From Kondoa subrosea (Eukaryota): 64,000 nucleotides of DNA. Below, one piece after another: positions 10,818 to 23,785 of this stretch (position 1 is the stretch's first letter; every line of letters begins with the position of its first letter). Where the stretch lies: assembly GCA_039545335.1 (NCBI GenBank), contig BCIN01000003.1, forward strand, positions 2,613,060 to 2,677,059. The letters run 5' to 3'. The notes below the pieces were generated by a model. It did not search any database, was not told the origin of the DNA, and saw nothing but the letters and a program-made list of their open reading frames with translations. The position numbers and the translations under genes were made by a program.

Positions 10818-13378
10818 ATGTCGACTGGCTCACACGAAACTCTGCCGCCATATGCCAGTCCGAATCTTCGAACGCCTTCCTTCTATGAGAATCGAGCTCT
10901 CCTTCATAGCTCTCCAATCGTACCAAGAGATTCTCGCTTCATTGCCTCTTCAGCCAACTTAAACAGATCTCCATTGCCTTTGAGATCAGCAAGTTCTAAA
11001 TCCCAAGCGAAACAACATCTCCCTGTTCTTCCTGTACCATATCTCCTCAATAGCGGTCCAGAAAAGGATGACAAACTACATCATCCTGGTCCAGCGGCGA
11101 AAAGAACAGGTCCAGCAAGAATGATACCCGATTCGGTGTATATCCGCGGACGTGCTCGATGCTTCAGCAGCTGTAGTGTCATCTTAAACTTCTTGGCTCT
11201 CTTCATGATCGCTGCTCTTTCGGTTTTCGCCTTTATGGGTTAGTTCGGAACGGTACGACAAGCTGTTGTACGAAGCTAAATTCTGCAAAATTCTGGAACA
11301 GGCTATCCTCTCCTCACCTATATGCTCACTGAACTCAAGCCGGTAATGGTGTATCGTGGTCCTGGGCCACAAGTCGCATTCAAAGGAAGAGGTCTAATTG
11401 ATGAAGATACTCCTCAGGCTGCATATCGGAAAACGGGTGTCAACGGAGAAGATTTGAGACTCGTCTTTAGTGATGAGTTCAACACGGAGGGCCGAACCTT
11501 CTACCCTGGAGATGATCCATACTGGGAAGCCGTCGATCTGCATTACGCCGCAACAGGTGATTTAGAATATTATGATCCGAAACAAGTTACTACATCTGGA
11601 GGTTATCTAGTCATCAACGTGTAAGTTCTCAGCGCGAATTGAGTTTACCTACTGATCGCGCATCTTGTAGTGAGCAAGTAGACAACCCTAAGGAAAATCA
11701 CAATCTGAAATATGTCTCAGGCATGCTTCAAGTGAGTGACATGGTCATTTCTGCGTTTCCAGAGCTGAGTCTTGATCAGTCATGGAACAAGTTTTGCTTT
11801 ACTGGAGGGCAATTTGAAGCCAGCATTAGTATGCCAGGCAAGCAAGTTGCTCCGAATACTGGCTCGACCTTTTGGAGTGCCTTGTATGCCGTTTTTAGCC
11901 TTACAGCACCTCATTGCAGTACTGATGTTCTGTGGCAGCTGGATCATGGGTAATCTTGGCCGTCCAGGATACAGGGCAACAACATACGGTGCTTGGCCAT
12001 ACTCATATGACTCTTGCGACGTCGGCACTTTGGCAAATCAAACATCAAGTGATGGTCCAGAGAATCCTAACGGCTTCTCTTACCTTCCTGGTCAAAAGCT
12101 ATCGGCGTGTACTTGCCCGGGAGAAGATCATCCAGGCCCTCGTACTACAGACGGGTCATTTGTTGGCCGAGGTAGTCCTGAGATTGATGTGTTCGAAGCT
12201 CGTGAGTGTTCAACCAGGTCCAGTCTCAGATGACTGATACGTTCTATTCAGAGAATGATGTGTGTTTGATGTACATTGTTCGAGATTGCTGCTGATAAAG
12301 CAATATGAAGGTTGTGTCCCAGTCCACGCAGATGTAAGACTCAACATGTACTCTCTAAGGAACATAACTTATCTCATCCAAAAGCGCTCCGTTCAACGAA
12401 GATTATGACTTCGGAGCCAAGAAAGGAACGTACGAACTCCAAGATAAAGCTAGGAAAAGTAAGCCAGCCGCTGCAGATATTCCCACGCATCCCACTCACT
12501 TGCACTTGTCTGTAGCTTACCTAAATAACTGGAAAGGCAATGGTAGGCTTACTGCTAGCTACATTTAGCCGTATATTGACTCTGTTATACCTTTGGTCTA
12601 GCTTATCAACAAGCAGCATCTGGTGTCTCCACCATCAATCCGGACGCGTATGAGCAGTCTGGTGGAGGATTCGATACCTACGGAATTCAATACTCTTCAT
12701 CTTATGATAAAGGATACATTACGTGGATGGCTGGCGACAAATCTGTGAGTCTTCGGCCGATCGTATCATCTTTCACTCGCTTACTCGACCTTGGACTTTC
12801 TTTCTGTAGAGCTGGACGTTGGATAATTCAGCTTATGGCCCAGATCCGCAAACCAAAGTCTCTCAACGCTTGATCAGTACAGAACCAATGGCTATTGTGC
12901 TGAATGTAGCTATATCCCAAGCCTTTGGTGGATTGCGAGTCAAGTGTACTTAGCTCCCCGGAATGAATCGCGCTTAGTCATGTCTGAATTGCAGAAATGC
13001 AGCTGGTCTTGCTGACCAATTGCCAGCTAAGATGAGAATTGATTGGCTGCGCGTATACCAGGAGAATGGGAAAGACGATGTCGGCTGTGGTAAGTTCTTC
13101 TACCGACAATCTGCTGGCTAATTATCTAATCGCCATTTCAGATAATATCGTTCGTGTGCATACAGTAACGTGTGCAGTGTACTGATTTCCTAGCAGTATG
13201 CGCCTACAACAGAGTACATCGCTAATCATCCGGAAGCATACACAATATGGAACAATACAGATTGGGCAGTGAGTCTGTAATGTGTGCCGCCAGGAGTCTA
13301 TCTCACCTCGAGCTTTGCTCACTCTCTCAGGAAGCAGGCTATAACATGCCGAAGAACAGATTGATCGACCAATGCTGA
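10818..13378 (+). CDS. KRE6: Beta-1,6-glucan synthesis-associated protein, KRE6/SKN1 family (GH16), ~15 exons
   Basis: TM segment, then [68 protein letters not shown] and [10 protein letters not shown]; ends PKNRLIDQC*. Confidence 0.93.
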
Positions 13379-13439
13379 AGCCAAAACTAAATGAATAAAT
13401 AACAATGTAATGAATGCATATAAAAGTCACTCTGTATAT

Positions 13440-14960
13440 CTACTCTTCGTAATCCTTGATACCACCATAAGATCCCGAACCACCTTGCATTTCAGTCCCT
13501 TCCCGTTTTTCAAACAAATGCTGTTCCCTTTCTTGCTTGCCTGGACGCTTGACTCGGTTCCAAAGACCGTTGGCATCATGGAAGATGAAGTTGAAGGTGA
13601 CCATTGGCCAAGATGGGTGATCGTAATATTGATCATAGTACGGTTTTGCCATTTTCCTCAACTCAGGCAGTCGAGTCCACGGAATACTGTTGCAAACAAG
13701 TCAAACCCAGATTTTAATCAGGAGAGTCAAACTTACGCTGGGAAATCGTGGTGTTCTTGATGATAGCCGACATTGTATGTCAAAGCGTTCAAAGGTCCGT
13801 AATAAGAAGCCGTCTCTTGCGCAACAACTTTCTCCTTCCATTCAGTCACGCCTGCATTCTTTTGCTGATGTTTCTCAAGCACTTCGTCTAAGACGTAATG
13901 TTCAGCTATGAAATGACCAGCACAAGGATGTAGCGAGCCGGCTAGGAAACTGCTGGCTAGCATATAAATCAAGGCGTTCCATCCACAAGGGGTGTATTTG
14001 ACCATGACAAAGTCGAAAAGGCCTTGCGAAAGGAAGTTGAGCGCATGCCAGCGCGTTAGCTTTTGTGAGCGAATCATTCCTGGTCGCAGCGCGTAGAAGA
14101 GGATTTGGAATGTTGCGAAGAAGGTCTTGCCCAATACGCCGAGAATAGGGTAAGAAGGAGGAGAGAGGATAAAGGCTTCTATTCGAGAGGGAAGATCGGT
14201 GTCGATACCATCTTCGCCCAAGAATTTGTGATGTTCAATGTGGTATTTCTAGTCGAACAATCAGGGTGAGTGCTAAGAGAGGACAAATTGCATACTTTGA
14301 ACATCATAGCATAAGGGATTCCGATAGGCCAATTCGCAAACATAGCCAAGAGTCGATTAGCCTGCATCGACTTGAAAGCCAGATTGTGAGTGATCTCATG
14401 AATAGCCATGAACAGGTTTTGATTAGCTGTAGCGCCAACGATATAGGCGGTGAGGAAGAATTTGAGGGAAAGTGGGGAAGTGTTGCGTAGATAATAGCAG
14501 GCGAAAAGCTGGATGCCCACTACTAGAAGGACTGTGTATTTAGTCGATGGCTCGTAGCCCATGAGCTTTGTGACCTGTAGGAGACGGTATTAGCGAGGTC
14601 GCAAAGCAGCTACCATTCTGCTTGCCTGAGGATAGTCTTTCATGATTTGCATGCGTCTGCTGCGATGTGGCTCTTCTGTCAGGGTCCAAAGGAAGTCTTT
14701 GTCTTCACCAGCAAAGTGCTCGTCCATTTCCTTCGAACTGGAAGTGGGTCCAGCATTGTGAGCATTCGCACAGAGTCTCACGCAAGAGCTATGGCTTACC
14801 CGCTCGAGATTGGCACGTCGTCTTCTGAGACTGCAGACCTGCTGCTTAAGGGTAGAGAGGCCGTGCTCTCATCTGAATCGCTTTCATTTCCTGATAGCTT
14901 TCGATTTTTGAGTTCGTTCTCGCTGAACAGCAATGATGAGGCAGCTGTGGTTGCGGCCAT
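13440..14960 (-). CDS. DES1: Sphingolipid delta-4 desaturase
   Basis: DFLWTLTEEPHRSRR N-domain; His boxes HEITH, YHIEHHK and YHQEHHDFP; HPCAGHFIAEH. Confidence 0.95.
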
Positions 14961-15175
14961 GTTCGTGCTGATGTGAGTGATTTGCGAGAAGATAATATAT
15001 GGTTCAGGAAGAGACAGGTTTCAATCAGTCAAGTGGAGCAGGTTGCGCGAGAATGTCGAAGGCGAAGCAGAAGCCTGCACACTCGTGTCAGCAAAGGCTT
15101 TCGTACTACGCGCGCCCTTTGTTCTATATCACAAAGCTCTAATCCTCTACTTCAATTTTGATGACCAGCATACAA

Positions 15176-16999
15176 CTACTCTAAGCCAAACTTCTTCTTC
15201 ACTGAAAGCACTGCTTCAGGATCTCCAGAATTCTTGTTGATCTCGTCTGATATCTTCACACAAGGGCGACCTTGAATCTCCCAGAGCTTGATGACGATAT
15301 TCAGCGCTTTTGACTCTTCTCCCACTGATCGTGATGAGCCTGATCCAACCTCTTCGTCAGATTGCTTGACTGGATTTTGGACTTGCTTGTAATCTAGACT
15401 CCTGGTCAGTCTTGCTCTTGAACAGAGAAGCCTTTCCGTACCGTTTGTTAGAGCTACATGTATGAGATCAGTTGAGACTTCCGTCCATTATGGCAGGAAC
15501 TTACATGTCCCAACACCAAAGGCAACACCGATACCTAGATCTTTCCCGTTTTGCTGCAGCTGAACGACCGTATCCACATCCAGGCCATCCGAATGTACAA
15601 CCGTTTCTGAATACCCTTCATCAGACGCTTCATATCCCTGGCAATGCTTCACTTACTGGTTTTCGGATCGATTCCCATCTCAGCATAAACATCTCTTGCA
15701 ATTTCAGCAAACTTGAAAGGATCAGCAGAATCTTGTCTGACACCTCTCCACCTTTTCGCTCGCTCTACGTCTTTCTTGAAATCCACAAAGAAAGCTTTCG
15801 AGCTGAAAGTGTCCGTTAAAGCGATGGTGAGTTGACCTCCGGGATAGACCTGTGGTCGACACAGACAAGTCAGAGGCTTGATGCTCGAAGGGTCTCATGT
15901 CTCGCACCTCATCCCATTTTCTCATTGCCAGGCCATTTGCGCCTTCGTAGCCCTCCAAGGCTGCTAAGCCCATAGTGAACTCGTCTGTAGATAAAATGAG
16001 TGTCTATTGTCACTGCCGAAGCTAAACAGTTCACGAGCAATAGTTCCAACAGGTGTCAAATCCATGAGATGCTACGCAAAGAATCAGGCCACAGCATAAT
16101 TACTGTACGTTTGTTTGTACGAACAGCGAAGTGAACATTTGACGTTCCAGCGATGAATCCATTCCCATTCTTCTTGCCGAGCTCACGATCAGCTTGCATG
16201 AGGCCTTCCATGACTAGCCTATGACCAAGGTAGGATCGTCTTCTTCTCGTTCCAAACTCAGAGACTGCGCATCCTGCCTTGAGCATTCGGACAGCTTTCT
16301 CGTAAGCCAGTTCTAATGCTGTAGATGAGCTGCATGTCAAGATCAAAGCAAGGGTCGACAAACGTTTTTGACCAACATAATCCCAATTCGTATCAACATG
16401 CTTGAAATACGCTTCGGAAATCAAAGCCATCAAAGGTGTTTCATAGAGGATAGTACTAGCCCAATTGCCAGAAATAGCGAGTTCTAAATCCCCATCGTGG
16501 TATTCCAATTTCACTTGTTCAGAAGGCTTGAACTGGAAAGATTGAAGATAGTCTAGGTAAGATTGTTTGAAGTAGGGACAGCGTTTCTCTAGCCATGCGC
16601 GCTCGTCGCTTTTGAGTCGTAGGTTTTCGAGTCCTGCTTCATGTTTGGTTATAGTTGAGTTGAATGAGACAGAACTCACGCTGTATCGAAGCTTTGAGCT
16701 CATCGAAAGCAGCACGATTGAACTTTTGAGCTTTGCGTCTCTACACTCAAGGATTGAGAACATAAGATGCAACCTTCTGAGCGTACGTACGTTTGTGAAC
16801 TGATAGCGGACATGCACATCTAGGCCAGAAATGAGACAGAGAAAGAGAAAAGAGGCCTAAGCAGACCAGGATAGAGGTGCAGTACAGCTTGCTGCATTGT
16901 AAGCTTGTAAAGCTGACCGCATTACGAATCAACATTGATTGCGCAGGATGTCGATGGAAAGCGAACGTCAGTGTCTAGAATCGAGACTGGAAGCTCCAT
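15176..16999 (-). CDS. NPT1: Nicotinate phosphoribosyltransferase
   Basis: Spliced SILDTDLYKLTMQQAV, ILYETPLMALISE, EFGTRRRRS, GTSNV, GTIAHEF, ALTDTF, GVRQDS, LNIVIKL, CVKISD; ends KKKFGLE*. Confidence 0.96.
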
Positions 17000-17391
17000 G
17001 ATAGTCTTAGAGCAGCAGCAGTGGCTGGTGCTTGAGAAGCCTTGACATTGCATAGCTAATCCGTCTTGATCTTGAACAATCAAGGGCTCTCAGTGACAGG
17101 CGATACCAGTGCCGCAGCATACCTGATTGGGGCATTGCATTTCAGATCATATGTGTTTGAGATATCGCTAGAGGACTGGTTCTGCGACCACTCGAAAGCC
17201 GACCTGCGGATTTGCTATACTCACTCGCCTATGTCCTTCTTTCCCATATTTTGCTGCATTGGGGCTTGGTTCGAATCTACTCTCCAGGTAGCCGGCTGAA
17301 TACGAAATCTGCCGCTATTGTGCTGGCTGAAATTGTCAATTGTCTTCCGTTTCCCAACCTTCTTCTTTCCTGATCACCAGGAGACCAAGCT

Positions 17392-18893
17392 ATGCTCGCC
17401 TCACTACCAATTGAATTACAGGACGCAGTCCTTAGATTTTACGCGGAAGAGAAGGGCGTTGAAGAACTCGTAAAAGCTCTGACTGTATCTAGTGAGAAGC
17501 CTCTCAGATTCCAATGATTCTGACTAATGTCTCGAATTAGAACACATATATTCATTAATCTTGCCTGAATTATACCGCAACATTTCAGCCAGAGCTATCA
17601 CAAACAAGAAATTGGTATACGGCGCAAAGAAACACGGAAAGCTGATACAGTCCATCGAATGGCCAATAGTGGTTCGACCTCTATTCTTCTACAGCCAAAC
17701 CGGAATCAAATTTTTGTTCTCTCCAAAGCAATTCGCAAACGATCTATTATCCAGCAGTGGCAGCCTACTGTATTGTTCCCATGTCAACCATCTCAAGATG
17801 GTACTGATCAGCGGTAAGGGAGGGACTCGGTCTTCTCCAGCTCTTCCCGTCAATCACATTCTGCCTCCAATACGCAATGAAATCGCGGCTCTTCCATTCG
17901 TCGCCAATCTCAGGAAGCTGACTTTCCACGTTCCAGAGCATGATGCAGCACTGCGATGGGACTCTATGTCAATGCAATTTTGGCAAATTATTCAACCCTT
18001 CTTGCAAAGAAGCGCTCTAACTCAACTCTCTTTCATCAATTTCCACTGCGCTGCAGCTATGCGCTATCTCGACAGTGGCATCTTGTCCTCCTTCTCCAAA
18101 CTCAGCCATCTATCCATCCAATTCATCGAAGATTCTCATGACTGTTCAAACCTGGGTCTCTTGATCAAACACTGCCCGGAATTGTTACAACTACGGCTAG
18201 CAAGTGGCAAGCCCGTCTTGCTCGATTCAAACCTTTCAAGAGAAGATAGCTCGCAACCCATACAAGGGCGGATGCAAAGAAAACTAAATACGCTCGTTAT
18301 GGGATGCATAGATCTGTCGCAAGATATTCGCCCAGAGGGATTTACCTTCGGCGACAGTTGGCCCCTCTGTCAACATCTAGAAATGACTTTTGGCGAGTGG
18401 AATGACCGTAGATTGCAGCAATCTATGGAACCCAAAGACCGACGTCAAATGTTGTTTGGATGGTTTCCGCCTCATGAGATTTGCGACCAGCTTCTTACAA
18501 TCAAGATTACATGTCAAGTCTCCTTTCATCTCACCTTTGAACCTCATAGACGCTTGTCTGATTCTCTTCGACCCTTTCTTTCCCGAAAAACTTTCCCTCA
18601 GTTACAGAAGCTGGTGTTCGAGTGCAAGCTGGGCAATTTCAGATTTACAGCAGATGCTCTTGGTTTGAGAGAGATAGAAGGAGACCAGCAAGAACGGACA
18701 GCTGAAGTTGGGCAAGCTTTGCTTCATGAAGTCTGAAGATTTACAGAGTCAGGCACCTGCAGGTCTGAAGTTGGAATATCGGTTTTTGGCTGAGGGAATG
18801 ATTCATTATGCACCTTTCAAACCGGGAGAGAGATGCGTTAAGCGAATTGCTGTTGATAAAGGGAACGATAAGGCCACGCTGACTTGGTGGTGA
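17392..18893 (+). CDS. F-box-like / LRR-like hypothetical protein with an apparent frameshift near the 3' end
   Basis: Exon 1 is MLASLPIELQDAVLRFY (F-box-like); intron 17492-17540; long ORF to TGA 18736. The paralogue-like C-terminus continues in another frame to 18893. Confidence 0.65.
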
Positions 18894-19063
18894 TCAGGAA
18901 GAGAAGGAGATCTAATAGTGAAGCGACTTTGCCTTTGCATAGATGCCTAAATGCAATAGCTCAGATACACGACAATAGGGAGTGCGTTATCAGCGGCCTG
19001 TGAAACCAGTTCGCACACTTCGCTCTCGCACAACGATCAAGCCAAACCAAACCAAACGGTTTT

Positions 19064-19945
19064 ATGGCTGAAGCTATGGCTTCGCTATTGGATCTTCCTG
19101 TTGAAGTGGGTCTGATCTGTCGTGCTAGAACACGGTCTCAATTGTCTGCTTATCCTAGCTGCTTTTGCAAATCCATCTCGAATCGACCTCCTCTGCACTT
19201 CCCTATCTTTCAAGGCATATCAAAGCAGTCTTTGATGCTACCTCTACCAGATATCGTATCTCATACCTCGAGCGCAAACTCAGTCAAACCAATTCCGCGA
19301 CAAAGCGAGCTGACAGAGCTCTACGCTATCCTTTGTGCACGCTAGAAATCTTCCGAGTATTCTATCAGAAGCACGTGGATTCTGTTAATGAATGCAATGG
19401 ACCTTCGACCACAAGTTTGGCAAAGCTGAAATTTGGGCATCAATTTCAAGTTAAACCAGGCAGCTACATAGCTTTACCTCGAAGGCTCTTCAAATATCTT
19501 ACTCCTCCTACTGTCACTGACGGAAAACCGATACTACCAGATATGGACTACATATCAAATCTGCTCAAGCTGGGACTGGACATCAACGCCAATAAAGGCT
19601 GCGCGCTGTATATGGCAGTCTTCTCTTCCAATATGGAGCTCCTTCGATTACTTCTCAGCTATGAGAAGCTCTACCTCGGAGAAAGTGATGCCTTGGCTGT
19701 AAAGACAGCTATAAAACAGGACAGTAAAGAGATGGTGGAAGAGATGCTAAAAGCTCCATGCAAACCTATGACGAAGACTAACAAGACTGATTGTCTGCAT
19801 TTGGCTGCTGAACGGGTTTACTGGGAGATCTTCGACTTGCTTTTGGAACATGGTAGGTGAAATTTCGAATCTCAAAAATCTCAGCTGACGTCTTAGCATA
19901 GGAGCTGAGCCGAGTATACGTACTTTGGCTCTGATGCCGGCTTAA
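19064..19945 (+). CDS. F-box-like + ankyrin-repeat protein
   Basis: SLLDLPVE|LLLQIHLES start; ankyrin-like 'LLKLGLDINANKGCALYMAV..NMELLRLLL', 'CLHLAAE...IFDLLLEHGAEP'. Confidence 0.7.
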
Positions 19946-20540
19946 AGGAACCAGCTGCTGCTCTTCGGTCAGCAATACGAGGTATGTCTTTCTTTATCAT
20001 TGGAGTTCCCTCTGTTTATATTCAGTATAGCTCTTTCTGCAGGCTGCAAACGGTGCAACTTGGATTATCTCTGCTACCGATGGATTTCACCAAGCTTTTT
20101 CAAGACAGCTTCAAGCAGAAGAAACAAGAGTCCAACGCAACAAACAACCCAATCTTTATCAGCACTGGAGGACGCGAACACTGGCCTTGCAACAGTGCGC
20201 GCTGAGATCAAAGTCATGCACAAAATCCATGCTAAGGCTTTAGACTACCATCGTGTGAGTCCGGCGTGCGATCTGGCAGGTCGATATCAGAATGATTCTG
20301 GTGCTAGTAGTCTTGACGGTGCTGGCGCAGAATATGATAAGTAATCACGTACTAAATCAGCTGCCAGCCGTGCATGCAAGTTGATACAAGCTTATTGATT
20401 GCATATTCCATTTGACACCTTGCTCCAAGTGACCATTCTTTCGTCGCATACCCAGTCTGCTTCGATAACCTGAACCACTGCTATGATCCTAAGGATACGA
20501 ATTTGCTGCCCAACAGAAACCTATACAATATATTAAATCG

Positions 20541-21579
20541 AGTCAGTCACGCTTTCAGAATCTGGCATTCGCATGCATTCACTAAAGCTGATCTGGGGGC
20601 ACGGCAGTGTTTGGCGAGAATGAGTCTGAAAGTCCTAGAATGCCTTCAGTGTGTCCTCTCCATCTAAGTCTAAGTCTAAGGCTAGCTGAAAGCGCAAATG
20701 TAGCCTTGGTTGGAAATCGCTTCTTCCCCTGAGAAGGAGTCGATCATCTCACCTTGCACCACTCCAGAGAAGGATGCAATTTCTCATGCTATGGAGAAGC
20801 TCAAGTTGGAGTCAAACGGAGTCTTGCGCTTAGTTCCAGAAGTAGACGAGGAAGGCCAAATAGAGGTGTGCTTTAATACGTCTTTCAGCGACATGAATGT
20901 AAGCTGATACATGCTGTATAGTACAAGCTACGATTGTCTGCCAACCCTAACGCCGAAAGACTGCATAGGCTTGTTACTCAGCTGAAGTTTCGATTGATCA
21001 ATGGTTAGCTTCGCTGCGAACCTTAGATTGTAGCTCACACATGAAAGCAGGAGGTGGAGAAGCAATATATGAGATTGGTGTGCTAGACGATGGAACAGCT
21101 GTAGGGTTGCCTCGAGAAGAAATGGCCAGCAGTTTCAGTAAGGCGGCTCTACTTGACTTTGCCCTTCGCTGACATGTGTACAGAGACACTGGAGCTTATG
21201 GCAGAGCAGTATGTCTGAATTGGGCAACTGAGACTTATTCTAATTCTGTGTGTCTAGATTGAATGCCAATCTTGAGATTCTAAGAGAGATCGAGATGCCT
21301 TCTGAACCGCTTTCGAAACCTTCTGCGCCAGTCTTAACTATTCCTCTTGCTTCAACCGACAAAAAGATTTGCGCACCTATACTCGCATCATCAGCAGCCA
21401 CCGGGCAACCTTGTCAACCTGTACCAATCATCACTAGAAGAGGCTCGAGATTACCAAATCAATTGTTGAGATCATGGACAGGTAAAGGACCTAGAATATG
21501 TTTGGAAGTCAAAGTGTCTAGGAAAGAGCAGACGGAAGAAGATACCTTTTTGGATTTCGATTTCGTTGGTAGTATGTAA
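20541..21579 (+). CDS. Stand-alone GTPBP1/GTPBP2 N-terminal-domain protein (no GTPase domain)
   Basis: Spliced: MFGENESESPRMPSPW...LVPEVDEEGQIEYKLRL...RLVTQLKFRLINGGGEAIYEIGVLDDGTAVGL..EEM..S..TLELMA...EVKVSRK..EDTFLDF; stop at 21579; no GxxxxGKS. Confidence 0.8.
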
Positions 21580-21721
21580 TTATTGGTTACAAGGACTTGT
21601 ATGCACTGTGATTGTGCAATGTATGTACACATTCCCATTGAACATTCAATTGAATAGACCGGTCTCCGTTACAGAGTCACATTACATTACATTACAATGA
21701 TACCACTCAGACCGCATGTTT

Positions 21722-23785
21722 TCAAGCCGCTCTTTTGATGGTAGCAAAGAAGCTGTTCTGAGGAGTGAACCAGCCTTCCCGCACTTTGTCTGCTTAAATG
21801 CGTCAGAAATGTTTTAGACATGCTTGAGACACTCACAAGGCTCGTTGGCGTTTTGGAATGTGATATCAAAGTGCCAAACGATAACAGGCAAGAAGATCGA
21901 CCTGTTGTGATCGACATCAGCATCATTGTTGCAGTAAGCTCGCCGGGGACTGACATTTCCATAAGAGATATATTCTTGCCGATGCAAATCCTAGAGCCTT
22001 GACCTATATCGCTGTCAACCCCTGGTATACCCTCAACGATTCAAGGCATACCGAAGGTAAGGTTGTATCTCTCGACAGCGTTCCGATCTTCTAGCCATCG
22101 CTCAGGGCGCCAGGATGCTGCATCTTTGCCATACGCTCTTGCATCCAAATGAACGCAAAGCGGATCTTGTCCGACAAATGTACCAGCTTTGAAATTGTGT
22201 CCAGCTAGAACAGCTCCACCTTCGGGTACGATACGCTGCATAGGCATACCGACACTTTGCGACGAGAGGATGAGCGAGCCATCTTATCTAGTAGAGGTTG
22301 CCATACCCCGGGTGCAGTCTCATCGCCTCTCTACAGAAAAAGATTCAGCAGAACACCTCGAGTCGCAAGAGTATGCCATACTTCATACATGCCTGGAAGT
22401 AGTCTAACTTGGAAGCTTGAGCATACGTGGGTGGCATATCCAGCTTGTTTTCTCCCATCTGCAATTCCATTTCCTCTCGAAGCTTCTTGACGGTTACTGG
22501 ACTGCTGTATACATATCGCAGAAATGCATTGAGCGAGAGACGTGTTGTATCTGAGCCTGCTACAAGTGGAGCTAGCAATTCCTGTGCAGATTATTAGTGG
22601 AGCACCCTATGACTCAAAATATTTGCGAACTCGAAGAAGTTGTGGAACATCCAATGGTTGACCTGTTGCTGCATCTTTGGCATTCATAAAGCGGTACAGA
22701 AGATCTTTATTGTCTTCGAACGATGCAGGGTCAGATTTGCGCAATGCTTGCCTTTTCATCAACGCGTTGAGAGCCCGTCCAAGGAACAATTGGATGCCCT
22801 GACACAAGCGTAAGCGTCACTTCAGAGCCAATAACTGGCTACAAAGAAACCGACAGCTTCTTCACCACCCGCAAAGAGCGATTGCAAGTATTTGACCGGG
22901 GCACTGTGCATCCAAAGACCGAAAGCATTTGAGCAAGCCCACATAGTGATAACCTCGGTAGCCGATTCCATTTTATGAGTGATGTTCAGCTTGTCTTGCC
23001 CCGATTCTAGTAAGCCAAGCGATTCACCAAAGGTAAGCTCGGAAACGGTGTCGTAAGCGAAAAATCCTGTGAGCTGGGACAGATCGACAATAGAACCCGA
23101 ATCGGAGGCTTTGTCGAAGTATTCTTTGCAGTGAGTAGCATTTTGTCGGGCATATTCTTCCATGTCAATAAGAGTGTTTAGCGCATACGAGTTAGAAACC
23201 GTTCGTCGACCTAGTGAATGGATATCTAACAATCGAATACTATTCAGCAGAAGGAGAGATGTATCGTGAGGCTCAGCTCACGTGGATCACGCTGGGAGAA
23301 GTGGTTCATGACCTGAGCATTCACACCCCAAACATGATAGAAAGCTAAAAGAAGCATCCCTAACTTGAATTCTGGCAAACATTAAATGTACATACGGCCT
23401 TTGAGATAGTTTGTACCATGTCCGTACATTGTTTTCACATTGTCGGGATCAATGATGGACACCTCATTAGGCCCGATACGAACGATATCGCCGTGCTTTC
23501 GATGTAGAGCAAGCAGTTGCGACCTATAAGTAGCAGTATAGGTTGCTTGTATCTTCCATAAATCAGAGATCTTTGCAAGCACAGGTCCAGGAAGCGAAGA
23601 GAGTGGATGAAAGCCTACCAGTCATTAGCCTTGCAATTTACTTATTCCTCATTTCTTCACACACATAAGAGATAAATGACACGAATGGTAATAACTCCGA
23701 GCACTGAAGCGACAATTGCAAGCACAGGCGAGACTGACAGTCGAACCTGATCGTAGCCCAGCATTGGTATGGCTTCAAACGTCAT
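21722..23785 (-). CDS. Cytochrome P450 monooxygenase
   Basis: N-terminal TM anchor, HPLSSLPGP, VRIGPNEVS, I-helix AGSDTT, K-helix EAMRLHP, WRPERW, heme motif FGQGSRICIG. Confidence 0.95.

Noticed and set aside
17255..17290. GGTTCGAATC, resembling a tRNA T-loop/B-box
   Set aside because: Flanks do not pair into a T-stem, and no acceptor or D arm can be built.
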